DNA of 52,187 bases from a virus (Duplodnaviria; Heunggongvirae; Uroviricota; Caudoviricetes), in IMG/VR virus record IMGVR_UViG_3300025015_000015; one strand, given 5' to 3'. Made by a program: the position numbers and the translations under genes. Below, piece by piece: positions 37,187 to 46,503 of the stretch (positions are counted from its first letter, which is position 1; every line of letters begins with the position of its first letter). The notes under the pieces are model-generated. The model saw only the letters and a list, made by a program, of their open reading frames with translations, was not told the DNA's origin and ran no database searches.

Positions 37187-37777
37187 ATGCATTTTGATTT
37201 AATATTTGAAAAAGTTATTAATGAAAACACAAGAAGTATAAGGCTTATAAAACTTATTAGAAGAGTTTATACAGATTTAAATAAACAGATTACCCCAGAT
37301 AAACTTGATGTATTTAAAGCATTGAATGAATTAAAAGATTTTTTTTCCGAAATTGTATTACCGTATGAGAAAGATCCTAGTAAACTAAGTAAAGATCCTT
37401 TTCAATCTGGAAGCAGCATGAAAAGGACGATGATTAAATATGGAGATAGAATTAAACAAATTGATGACGCTATTAATTCCGATGATATTGGAGAGCTAAT
37501 TGCCGCTCTTGATTCTTCTATAGATCAAATGCATGTTGATATGCATTTCTTTGAACAACTTAGAAGTAATATACATGCTAGTATTCTTCATGGAAGAGGG
37601 GCAGAGGAAAAGGATTTGGATAATATAAATGCATTAATTAGTTTACTAGTTTCAATGGGGAAAGTTCCCAAGTTTCCAAAAACTGATATTCATGGAAGAT
37701 CAAATATTGATCCAGAAATATCAATAGAAAAATTACGTAGTGATCAGGAAATTGTTAATAAATATAAGGATAAATAA
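37187..37777 (+). CDS. Helical hypothetical protein with leader MHFDLIFEKVINE
   Basis: First 12 codons identical to those of 41153. Confidence 0.65.
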   Translation: MHFDLIFEKVINENTRSIRLIKLIRRVYTDLNKQITPDKLDVFKALNELKDFFSEIVLPYEKDPSKLSKDPFQSGSSMKRTMIKYGDRIKQIDDAINSDDIGELIAALDSSIDQMHVDMHFFEQLRSNIHASILHGRGAEEKDLDNINALISLLVSMGKVPKFPKTDIHGRSNIDPEISIEKLRSDQEIVNKYKDK

Positions 37778-37893
37778 TGTCACGAACTTTTGTATTAAAT
37801 GGTGAAGAAGTTACAAACCTTGAATGGATTAAAACCGAATTCCAGCCTTTAACTTTAGCTACACCTGATGATACTTTGAATCTGGTGCAATAA
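37776..37893 (+). pseudogene. Duplicated 5' fragment of the gp13-like neck gene
   Basis: 37776-37882 identical to 35645-35751; stop at 37893. Confidence 0.85.
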
Positions 37894-37899
37894 GAGCAG

Positions 37900-38073
37900 T
37901 AGATGGAAAAATGGAATTTAATATTGAAGGTGATGGTTTAAAACATAGAAAAGAAGATGGATGTAATGGTGGTTAAAATTTTTATAATTGGATAAAGAGA
38001 AATAATTTTCCACCAAATCTTCAAGTTTTATGTTGGAATTGTAATTGTGGTAAGATGGTTATTGGAAATAATT
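37900..38073 (+). pseudogene. HNH endonuclease remnant
   Basis: GDGLKHRKE..GG*NFYNWIKRNNFPPNLQVLCWNCNCGK with an in-frame TAA. Confidence 0.7.
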
Positions 38074-38075
38074 AA

Positions 38076-39338
38076 ATGATTAGTTTTTATAATATATTTG
38101 AAAAGATTATTGGTAAAGGGATATGTGAAGCTACATATTCAGAAATTGGAAGAAAACAATTAAGTATAACTAAACTTTTTCCAACATTTCCTGAACGAAT
38201 GAAAGCTGTTCAGGATCGTGGTGGTGTTCATTTGGTGGATACCGATAAAAGTATACTTCATTTTAAAGTTCATAGTGGCACTAAGGATTTGTGGTATGAA
38301 AATGGAATACAGTTTAAAGGACTTACAAACATATTAAAGAATCTTATTTATCTTGATAGGTCTGTTTGGAAAGAAGATCGATCTAATATTGATTTTCGTA
38401 AATTAGCAATGTCTTTATTGGACAATGCTGAAATTAGATTAAGTTGTAGTTGTCCGGCAATTCAATACTGGGGTGGAAATTATATTCTTTCAAGACCTAA
38501 GCGTGATGCTAAAATTGGAGAACCAGAAAATAGACCACCAGTTCAAAGGAATCCTCGTGAATACGGTGCAACATGTAAGCATGGGGCTAATTTATTAAAG
38601 GCTCTTCCTTTTTATGGCCCAACTATTGCTTCCTGGTTAAAGGAATTTCACGCTAAAGAGATAGCTGGAATAGTTAAAGATTATAAGACTGAGATTGCCA
38701 GAATTAAAGGAAAGAAAACAAAGGCTGTAGAAGAACCGGAAAAGGCTAAAGCTCCTGGAAAAGAACCAACAAAGACTGAACCAGCCAAGGAAAAGCCAAA
38801 GGAAGGTACTCCAAAGGTCAAGGAAAAACCAAGGAAAGCCAAAGAAGAGAAACCGGAGGTTAAAATAAGTGCTGAAGTAAAGAAAGAACCTAAAAAGGAT
38901 AAAGAAGAGAAGGAGTCAATTTTAAGGTTTAATTCCCTATCAAAAATAATTGAGGATCATAGTAAAACTATAAGTGGTGGTTTTATACACAAAGATGGTT
39001 ATTTAATTTCTATAAAATCCTCTCATTATGATTATATTTCTTCTTGGGCTGAAAGGAACAATGTAGATGAATTTCCAGAAGATAAAATGATGAAACAATT
39101 TTATGATAAAACTGGATATGTTGATTTTGTACTTTTTGAACCAAAAATTGAATTTGATGTAAGAATTTTTTCAAGGATAACTAATAAACAGTTGGAAACA
39201 ATTAAAAATAAAAGTATTTTATACAATACTTTTTATTGGGATATTTGGGGGGAGGGTAAGGACAATAGATTAAAAAGTGGACGTGATTTTAATAGTCTTG
39301 AGTTAGCAATTAGAGAATTTGGATTATTGAGAGATTAA
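38076..39338 (+). CDS. SWIM zinc-finger protein with K/E/P-rich linker
   Basis: SCSCP...RNP...TCKHG (CxC...CxH). Confidence 0.7.
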   Translation: MISFYNIFEKIIGKGICEATYSEIGRKQLSITKLFPTFPERMKAVQDRGGVHLVDTDKSILHFKVHSGTKDLWYENGIQFKGLTNILKNLIYLDRSVWKEDRSNIDFRKLAMSLLDNAEIRLSCSCPAIQYWGGNYILSRPKRDAKIGEPENRPPVQRNPREYGATCKHGANLLKALPFYGPTIASWLKEFHAKEIAGIVKDYKTEIARIKGKKTKAVEEPEKAKAPGKEPTKTEPAKEKPKEGTPKVKEKPRKAKEEKPEVKISAEVKKEPKKDKEEKESILRFNSLSKIIEDHSKTISGGFIHKDGYLISIKSSHYDYISSWAERNNVDEFPEDKMMKQFYDKTGYVDFVLFEPKIEFDVRIFSRITNKQLETIKNKSILYNTFYWDIWGEGKDNRLKSGRDFNSLELAIREFGLLRD

Positions 39339-39341
39339 ATA

Positions 39342-40190
39342 ATGGGTTATTATAATTTAATTAATAAAATTAAAAATATGTTAAAAGAAGATACCACAAT
39401 GTCCACCATTTCTTATCTCCCATCTCAGGTTGGTGTTGTTAAGGCATTTATTGGTGATTTATCCAAGGAAAAAGATGATTGGGATCTTGAAGTTTTGGAT
39501 GGTAAGGATTATAAGAGTGTAAAGTTTGGAGGAAAATCTTCTATTAATGTTCTTCATAAGTATTGGGATTCGTTTAATAAATTGTTTGGTGGAAAATTAG
39601 AGCACGGTAAATCATTAAAAGTTAAAGGATTATTTGAGGCTAATGTTGATGAACTTAAAGCTATTAGATCAGAATTAATGCGTGCCATCCATAATTTTTT
39701 TAATTTTAGAAAGTTTAAGGTTTTACGTTTAATATATACGAATTTTAGAAATTATTTTAAGGTTAATAATACATCAAGTCCACGTTATGTTGTTGCATTA
39801 AATGATATTGATAGAGGAATTTTAGATTTATACGGTAAGATCCTTAAGGAGTATGGTGAGGATAGAGGAACTCTTGAAATGATGGTTACTGCATTTCAAG
39901 AGCAAAAACCGTTAGGTAAATTTACATTATTTGGGAAGAATGATTTTATTTGTGGTTTGAAGGCTGAAAGTCGTACTAATGGTGTTACTTTGGTATTAGA
40001 ACTTGGTATTGATATTAATGATGTAGGTGGATCAATTCAACAGTCTTTATATGTTGGAAATCCTAATGTTATTGATGAAATTAAAGATAGAAAAGATGTT
40101 AAAACAGTTAAGTCAATGATATATCCAGTTGGTGGTATATTTACCGAAAGTTTCTTTAAAGATTTACATGAATTGATTATGGAGAATTAA
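39342..40190 (+). CDS. Hypothetical protein
   Basis: 282-aa ORF; its C-terminal segment is duplicated near 36450. Confidence 0.65.
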   Translation: MGYYNLINKIKNMLKEDTTMSTISYLPSQVGVVKAFIGDLSKEKDDWDLEVLDGKDYKSVKFGGKSSINVLHKYWDSFNKLFGGKLEHGKSLKVKGLFEANVDELKAIRSELMRAIHNFFNFRKFKVLRLIYTNFRNYFKVNNTSSPRYVVALNDIDRGILDLYGKILKEYGEDRGTLEMMVTAFQEQKPLGKFTLFGKNDFICGLKAESRTNGVTLVLELGIDINDVGGSIQQSLYVGNPNVIDEIKDRKDVKTVKSMIYPVGGIFTESFFKDLHELIMEN

Positions 40191-41141
40191 ATGTCTATTT
40201 CTTCTTCACAATTTGATTCTTTATTTAAACCTATTTCACAAGAAGAAGTTCTTCAAAGAAGACTTTCTAATTGTATTAAGAATTCTGATGGTACTTATTC
40301 TTCTGATGGAAATGTTGATTTAAGTAATTTAGGTTTAACTAAATTACTGGTTAAATTTAAATATGTAAAAGGTAATTTTAATTGTTCTGATAATAAATTG
40401 ACTTCTTTAGAAGGTGCTCCACAAGAAGTTGGTGGTAGTTTTTATTGTTATGATAATAAGTTAACTTCTTTAGAAGGTTCTCCACAAGAAGTTGGTGGTT
40501 ATTTTGATTGTAATAATAATCAGTTAACTTCCTTAGAAGGATCTCCACAAAAAGTTGGTGGTGATTTTAATTGTTCTCATAATAAATTGACTTCTTTAGA
40601 AGGTGCTCCACAAGAAGTTGGTGGTAGTTTTTATTGTTATGATAATAAGTTAACTTCTTTAGAAGGATCTCCACAAGAAGTTGGTGGTGATTTTGATTGT
40701 AATAATAATCAGTTAACTTCTTTAGAAGGTTCTCCACAAGAAGTTGGCGATAGTTTTTACTGTTCTGATAATAAGTTAACTTCTTTAGAAGGAGCACCAC
40801 AAGAAGTTGGCGATAGTTTTTATTGTTATAATAATAAGTTAACTTCTTTAGAAGGTTCTCCACAAGAAGTTGGTGGTAATTTTAATTGTTCTGGTAATCA
40901 GTTAACTTCTTTAGAAGGTTCTCCACAAGAAGTTGGCGATAGTTTTTACTGTTCTGATAATAAGTTAACTTCTTTAGAAGGAGCACCACAAGAAGTTGGT
41001 GGTGATTTTGATTGTAATAATAATCAGTTAACTTCTTTAGAAGGAGCACCACAAGAAGTTGGTGGTAGTTTTTACTGTTCTCATAATTCTGTTCCATGTG
41101 AAAAATTAATGAAAACTGTTAAAAGAAGTTATTTAAAATAA
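40191..41141 (+). CDS. LRR-like repeat protein, copy 3 (11 repeats)
   Basis: 316 aa = copy 2 + 6 x 21 aa. Confidence 0.88.
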   Translation: MSISSSQFDSLFKPISQEEVLQRRLSNCIKNSDGTYSSDGNVDLSNLGLTKLLVKFKYVKGNFNCSDNKLTSLEGAPQEVGGSFYCYDNKLTSLEGSPQEVGGYFDCNNNQLTSLEGSPQKVGGDFNCSHNKLTSLEGAPQEVGGSFYCYDNKLTSLEGSPQEVGGDFDCNNNQLTSLEGSPQEVGDSFYCSDNKLTSLEGAPQEVGDSFYCYNNKLTSLEGSPQEVGGNFNCSGNQLTSLEGSPQEVGDSFYCSDNKLTSLEGAPQEVGGDFDCNNNQLTSLEGAPQEVGGSFYCSHNSVPCEKLMKTVKRSYLK

Positions 41142-41152
41142 AGGAATATATC

Positions 41153-41794
41153 ATGCATTTTGATTTAATATTTGAAAAAGTTATTAATATTAAAGAGAGC
41201 GAAAGTAATGCTCGGAAATTATATTCTGATAAAATTCCTGAAGATATTCTTAATAAATTGATTGAGGCAGATCCAACCAAAACAAAGAAATACATTGAGT
41301 GGATGTGTAAACAATATGTTAGTGATCCAGAAAGAATTACCCATATAATTGATGTTGTTAAATTATTTAATAGTTTTGTTGAGAAAAATTTAATTAAAGG
41401 TTCTGATTCGGATATTAATAAATATAAAACTTTAGATGAAATTGACTCGGTAATTTCGTCAAAACAAGATGTAAAAACAAAAAGTGAAGAGGAAAGGGAA
41501 ATTAAGTCATCCGGAGTTGATAAAGTTTACGAAGATGAAAATATTTTAATAGTTCATCCTAAAACATATGAAGCTTCCTGTAAATATGGGGCAGGAACAA
41601 AATGGTGTACTGCTTCCATTACTAGAAGTTATTGGGAATCATATTGGAGTGCTGGAGTTAATCTTTATTATATTATTGATAAAGTTAATAATAAAAAGTA
41701 CGCCGTTGCAGTTCATCCTAATGGACAAAAAGAAGGTTTTACTGAAACTGATAAATCAATAAGTTATGATAAAATTAAATCATTGTTTGTTTAA
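41153..41794 (+). CDS. Uncharacterised large-phage protein with YGAGTKWCTA motif
   Basis: DPTKTKKYIEWMCK...ASCKYGAGTKWCTA. Confidence 0.6.
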   Translation: MHFDLIFEKVINIKESESNARKLYSDKIPEDILNKLIEADPTKTKKYIEWMCKQYVSDPERITHIIDVVKLFNSFVEKNLIKGSDSDINKYKTLDEIDSVISSKQDVKTKSEEEREIKSSGVDKVYEDENILIVHPKTYEASCKYGAGTKWCTASITRSYWESYWSAGVNLYYIIDKVNNKKYAVAVHPNGQKEGFTETDKSISYDKIKSLFV

Positions 41795-41799
41795 TAATT

Positions 41800-42624
41800 A
41801 TGTCTATTTCTTCTTCACAATTTGATTCTTTATTTAAACCTCTTCCTAAAGAAGATTTAATTTCTAGGCGTCTTTCTAATTGTGTTAGAAATGAAGATGG
41901 AACTTATTCTTCTGATGGTGATGTTAATTTAAGTAATTTAGGTTTAACTAAATTACCGGTTAAATTTAAATATGTAAAAGATGATTTTAATTGTTCTGAT
42001 AATCAGTTAACTTCCTTAGAAGGATCTCCACAAAAAGTTGGTGGTATTTTTTACTGTTCTGATAATAAGTTAACTTCTTTAGAAGGAGCACCACAAGAAG
42101 TTGGCGATAGTTTTTATTGTTCTCATAATCAGTTAACTTCTTTAGAAGGAGCACCACAAAAAGTTGGTGGTTATTTTGTTTGTTCTAATAATAAGTTAAC
42201 TTCTTTAGAAGGAGCACCACAAGAAGTTGGTGGTGATTTTGATTGTAATAATAATAAGTTAACTTCTTTAGAAGGAGCACCACAAGAAGTTGGTGGTGAT
42301 TTTGATTGTAATAATAATCAGTTAACTTCTTTAGAAGGTTCTCCACAAGAAGTTGGTGGTATTTTTTATTGTTATAATAATAAGTTAACTTCTTTAGAAG
42401 GTTCTCCACAAGAAGTTGGCGATAGTTTTTATTGTTCTCATAATCAGTTAACTTCTTTAGAAGGAGCACCACAAGAAGTTGGTGGTGATTTTGACTGTTC
42501 TAATAATAAGTTAACTTCTTTAGAAGGAGCACCACAAAAAGTTGGTGGTTATTTTGTTTGTTCTGGTAATCCTGTTCCATGTGAAAAATTAATGAAAACT
42601 GTTAAAAGAAGTTATTTAAAATAG
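41800..42624 (+). CDS. LRR-like repeat protein, copy 4 (9 repeats)
   Basis: 274 aa = copy 2 + 4 x 21 aa; N-cap slightly diverged. Confidence 0.88.
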   Translation: MSISSSQFDSLFKPLPKEDLISRRLSNCVRNEDGTYSSDGDVNLSNLGLTKLPVKFKYVKDDFNCSDNQLTSLEGSPQKVGGIFYCSDNKLTSLEGAPQEVGDSFYCSHNQLTSLEGAPQKVGGYFVCSNNKLTSLEGAPQEVGGDFDCNNNKLTSLEGAPQEVGGDFDCNNNQLTSLEGSPQEVGGIFYCYNNKLTSLEGSPQEVGDSFYCSHNQLTSLEGAPQEVGGDFDCSNNKLTSLEGAPQKVGGYFVCSGNPVPCEKLMKTVKRSYLK

Positions 42625-42631
42625 GATAGTT

Positions 42632-43060
42632 ATGGCTGCTAGATTAGATGTTTATAAGCAAATGATAACCGTTATTGGTGAATATATCGTTAAGTTTCCT
42701 GCTACAGGAATTGATGAATTTTTTAATAAGTTAATAGAAAATGGTGTAAAGACAGTTCCAACCGATGATAAAGCATTGAATATTGTTGGTGCTATATTTT
42801 GTGGAATTGGTCCTGATACTAGTGAACCATGTGAATTTTCCGGACCAAAGGCTATTCAGAATTTCATGAATTTAAGATTTTCGGATTTATCTGTTAGACT
42901 TCGTCCTCTTTATAAGGATGGAGAAGGGATAAAAACTGCTTCATGGTCTTGTGGTGAATGCGTGTCTGATCGAGTTAAGGATTTGGTTAATCCAGAAGGA
43001 AAAGCTACAGGTTTTTGGTGTAGTGAAGATGGTGATAAAATTTCTTTGATTGAACTATAA
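42632..43060 (+). CDS. Hypothetical protein
   Basis: 142-aa ORF; source of the 40-bp segment copied at 19094. Confidence 0.6.
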   Translation: MAARLDVYKQMITVIGEYIVKFPATGIDEFFNKLIENGVKTVPTDDKALNIVGAIFCGIGPDTSEPCEFSGPKAIQNFMNLRFSDLSVRLRPLYKDGEGIKTASWSCGECVSDRVKDLVNPEGKATGFWCSEDGDKISLIEL

Positions 43061-43071
43061 GGGGTGTTAGG

Positions 43072-45270
43072 ATGTATTTCGATAAACTATTTGATAGAGT
43101 TAATAAAGCTGTTCGTGAATCCAGGGTAAATGAGACTGAAGGTCAATATAATCCACGTGGTACTAAGTCAAAATATGAAGATAATAAATTCAAGGTTTTT
43201 GGTATGCGTGAACCTCTTGATGATTATATAATAAAAGCTGCTCCAACACATAGAACTAAACTTGCCGGTTATATCGATGCACTTCATGTAATAAGAAATA
43301 ATTTTGTTATATATGTTCATTTGAGTGAAGTTGGTAAATATATTAAAGGTTCAATTGAAACTGCTGCATTAAAGTTATTAAATCAGTATGAAACTGAAAA
43401 GAAAGTAAAGCCTGATGAAGATGATTTAACTCCTGAAGATGAAGAGGATATTCAGAATGAAATAGAAGCAGAAGAAGAAAGAATGGAAAGAGAAGGAGAA
43501 TTTGATGTTAAAGAATCAAAAATAAATGAAAGTGAGGAAGAAGTTGAATTTACTGATGAAGAACAAGTCGAAGATTTGATTAAAACAATATTAATTCAAT
43601 TTAATGAAGTAGTAAAGAAACGTGAAGTTAGATTTGATAGTTGGGCTGAATATATAGCTGATATTATTGCTGATAATGATGTTTTGATTAAAGCTGCTAA
43701 AACTGAAGAATTTAAAAGTTCATTAAAGAAAAATGGTCTTGAAAAACTAATTAAATATATTGATAATTCCTTAAGAGGAATTGAAGATGATTTAACTCCT
43801 GAAGATGAAGAGGAACAGGAAAGAGGGGAAGTAGATGAAGGAATAGAGCCTGATTTCAATAAGGATGGTGAAGAGGTTAAAATTAAGAAATTGGTAGAGG
43901 GTGTTCGTGAATTGATAGGTGAAGTTCCCGGTATAAATCCTCAAGATCAGGAAATTCTTCAATGGGCTTTGAAGAATGATGTAATTTATGATCAATTCCC
44001 AGAAGACGATGTTATGATTGATGCTCTTGCTTTGCTTGACATGACTGGAATGGAAGATAAAGATATCGGTGATGCAGATGATGTTGGAATTAAAGCTTAT
44101 TATCTTAAATATATAATGCTTCCGCGTGCTAAAAAAGAATATGCTGAACAAAATGGTGGTGAAGAAATATCGGATGTTGAGTTAGATAGTCATGAAGAAG
44201 GAGAGAGTGGAATCGATTGTGATATGTGTGAAGAATTTGTGAAAGAAGAGGATATTAAAGTTGATAAATTTGATAATACAGTGTGTCCAATTTGTAAAAG
44301 GATTTCTGACATATTGTCTGAATATGGATTAAATTGGGAAGATGTTGGTGAAGAAGAAGGTGAAGAATTAAGAACAGCGGTAAAGAATGATGATGAATTT
44401 AGGATTGAATCAATTATTAATAGTTTAAAACACTTTGATGTTCATGAATCAAAAGTTGATGAAGCTAAAATAGAAGTACCTGATAGTGTAAAGACGTTTT
44501 CAATTATAAGTCCTGGAATGGGTGATCCTGGTGGAACATATTGGGAGTTAAAAGTAAACGGTAAGACATACAAGAAATGTAAAGATAGGGAAGAATGTTA
44601 TACTGAACTTGCTAAATATAAGCCTGTAGAAGTAAAAGAAAATGGTGGTTTTGCTAAAAAGGCTGGAAATAAACCTGAAGATTTTGATAAGGATCAACTT
44701 GCTGTTGGAATAAAAGTTGAAATGGAGCATACGGACAATAAGAGCAAAGCCCAAAAAATTGCTATGGATCATTTAATAGAGGATCCTAAGTATTATACTA
44801 AATTAAAGAAGATGGAAGCTGGTGCTTGTAATGAATCTATTAATGATGATCCAACAAAAGAGGATATGTTAGCTACTCTAGAAGAAATATTTGGTCTTGA
44901 AGATGGATTTGAAGAGGATGCAGAAATAGCAATGTATTGGTTTGCCAATCATAATCACGGTGGTCAGGATAGTAATCTTTATTCTGTTCTTTCTACTTCA
45001 GAATTTAAACCAGGACCAAATTCATCTTTTGAATCAGAAGGTGATGGTATGGTTAAGATGATGTATGATACTTTAACTGATAAATATATTATAAGTCCAA
45101 ATATAAATGATGTTGATGAAGCTACTGAGCCTGAGAGTGATTTTTATACAGTAAATCCAAAAGTGGTTGATAAAAGAGAAGCCGATGAGTTAGCAAAGAA
45201 CATAGATGCGATAGTAATAGAAAACCCTGATCATAGTTTTAGTGTCATTAAGAAAAAGGGATCTAAATAA
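43072..45270 (+). CDS. Large acidic putative head protein containing a DUF5661 domain
   Basis: QLAVGIKVEMEHTDNKSKAQKIAMDHLIEDPKYYTKLKKME; leader MYFDKLFDRVNKAVRES; VDEGIEPDFNKD. Confidence 0.7.
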   Translation: MYFDKLFDRVNKAVRESRVNETEGQYNPRGTKSKYEDNKFKVFGMREPLDDYIIKAAPTHRTKLAGYIDALHVIRNNFVIYVHLSEVGKYIKGSIETAALKLLNQYETEKKVKPDEDDLTPEDEEDIQNEIEAEEERMEREGEFDVKESKINESEEEVEFTDEEQVEDLIKTILIQFNEVVKKREVRFDSWAEYIADIIADNDVLIKAAKTEEFKSSLKKNGLEKLIKYIDNSLRGIEDDLTPEDEEEQERGEVDEGIEPDFNKDGEEVKIKKLVEGVRELIGEVPGINPQDQEILQWALKNDVIYDQFPEDDVMIDALALLDMTGMEDKDIGDADDVGIKAYYLKYIMLPRAKKEYAEQNGGEEISDVELDSHEEGESGIDCDMCEEFVKEEDIKVDKFDNTVCPICKRISDILSEYGLNWEDVGEEEGEELRTAVKNDDEFRIESIINSLKHFDVHESKVDEAKIEVPDSVKTFSIISPGMGDPGGTYWELKVNGKTYKKCKDREECYTELAKYKPVEVKENGGFAKKAGNKPEDFDKDQLAVGIKVEMEHTDNKSKAQKIAMDHLIEDPKYYTKLKKMEAGACNESINDDPTKEDMLATLEEIFGLEDGFEEDAEIAMYWFANHNHGGQDSNLYSVLSTSEFKPGPNSSFESEGDGMVKMMYDTLTDKYIISPNINDVDEATEPESDFYTVNPKVVDKREADELAKNIDAIVIENPDHSFSVIKKKGSK

Positions 45271-45629
45271 TGAATATGAATGATTTACTTGAAAGAACTT
45301 TAAAAGAAGAACATGATCAAAATACCTATAGGACTGAAGTTGAAGTTCATATAGTTGGTGAGTTTGATGAAATATCACCAAAAAAGGTTATGGTTGAGTG
45401 GTATGCTGTTTTAGATCATAAAAGGTGGGGGATAAAAGGAGTTGATGTTTCTGTTGTTAATATTGATGAAGTAAGTTATAAAACTTTAGATGGTAAGGAA
45501 CATGTTATTGATATTCCGGTTGAAAGTATTGTTATTGATGGTGAAATGAAGTTTCCGCTTGGACCAACTGATTTAGAAGTAACAATTGATAAAGATAATA
45601 GCCTTGTTGAGGCTAGATTGGATTTCTAA
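45270..45629 (+). CDS. Hypothetical protein with leader MNMNDLLERTLKEE
   Basis: TAATG coupling. Confidence 0.6.
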   Translation: MNMNDLLERTLKEEHDQNTYRTEVEVHIVGEFDEISPKKVMVEWYAVLDHKRWGIKGVDVSVVNIDEVSYKTLDGKEHVIDIPVESIVIDGEMKFPLGPTDLEVTIDKDNSLVEARLDF

Positions 45630-45631
45630 AA

Positions 45632-46008
45632 ATGAATAACATACTTGAAAGATTGTTTAAGTTAGTTAGTATTAATGAAAAGAAGTCAAAAGTTATTCCA
45701 ATAAAAAAGAATGGATTGATATTATAGATGGTAAGAAGAGACCTAAATGGAGTCGTGATATATACAGTTTGTTGGAACTTAGTGAAGATGGAAAAGTAGC
45801 ATACATTTTTGATATGGAGGATAGTTGGATTCATAAAGCAGTTCCATGCAAAAAGACTGATGATGAATATCCAATATTGAAAATATTTGGTAATTATTAT
45901 TGTTTTTCTGAAGATGCTTGGTCTATAGTTATTGATTATGATAAAAATGAAACTGTTGGTATGGAGAAAGTAAAATCTCAGGCTGAAATTGAAGCTTCAA
46001 AGAAATAA
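45632..46008 (+). CDS. Gene split by a -1 frameshift at A-AAA-AAG (programmed or mutational)
   Basis: 0-frame from ATG 45632 stops at 45727; -1 frame is open 45679-46008 with no early ATG; heptamer 45703-45709 is correctly phased. Confidence 0.5.
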
Positions 46009-46020
46009 GGAACTGTTTAA

Positions 46021-46503
46021 ATGAGTAAAATGATCCCAAGAGAGACTATTGATGCACTTAGGAAGCAGATTGATGTTTCCCTTGATAATTATGGAATTGA
46101 TTGTACTCTTTGGATTCCTAATGATACTTCTCTTGGTGTTTACGAAGCCAAGGATGCTTATGGTGTAGATGGAGATCTTGATTATACCGAATATACTACA
46201 AAGGTTTTTATAAATTGGAAGCCTAATATACATAAGTTAAAAGCTCTTGGTTTTCATGTTGAAGATCAAAGACCTATAATAAGTTGGTTTGGTCATAAAG
46301 CAATACCAGTTTCTGGATCAAATGCCGGAGATGAAATTGATGTAACAATAAAAATACATTCATTTTTTCGTATTAATATTGAATTTGTACCAAATGATAT
46401 TAATTCAGAACATTTTGAATGTATTGATATTATAATTCCAGAAATGCATGATAGTTTGATAAGGCAGACTTTTCTAGTTGTACCAAAGAGAATTGAATTA
46501 TGA
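46021..46503 (+). CDS. Head closure/neck protein, gp14-like
   Basis: Position before the tail terminator and sheath; IDVSLDNYGIDCTLWIP pattern. Confidence 0.5.
   Translation: MSKMIPRETIDALRKQIDVSLDNYGIDCTLWIPNDTSLGVYEAKDAYGVDGDLDYTEYTTKVFINWKPNIHKLKALGFHVEDQRPIISWFGHKAIPVSGSNAGDEIDVTIKIHSFFRINIEFVPNDINSEHFECIDIIIPEMHDSLIRQTFLVVPKRIEL

Noticed and set aside
40191-41141. Annotating a DGR as a feature
   Set aside because: No reverse transcriptase or template repeat in the window; kept only as a hypothesis.
36769-42472. Track ORFs 36769, 40567, 40882 and 42185 on the minus strand
   Set aside because: Antisense shadows of the LRR repeats; low complexity, no RBS.
40191-42624. 63-bp periodic repeats as a CRISPR array
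   Set aside because: The repeats are in-frame coding units with no unique spacers, and no cas genes are present.
35267-42624. Calling the LRR genes insertion sequences
   Set aside because: No transposase or terminal inverted repeats. The 11-bp aattaaatgtc flanking copy 1 can be explained as shared RBS/start context.
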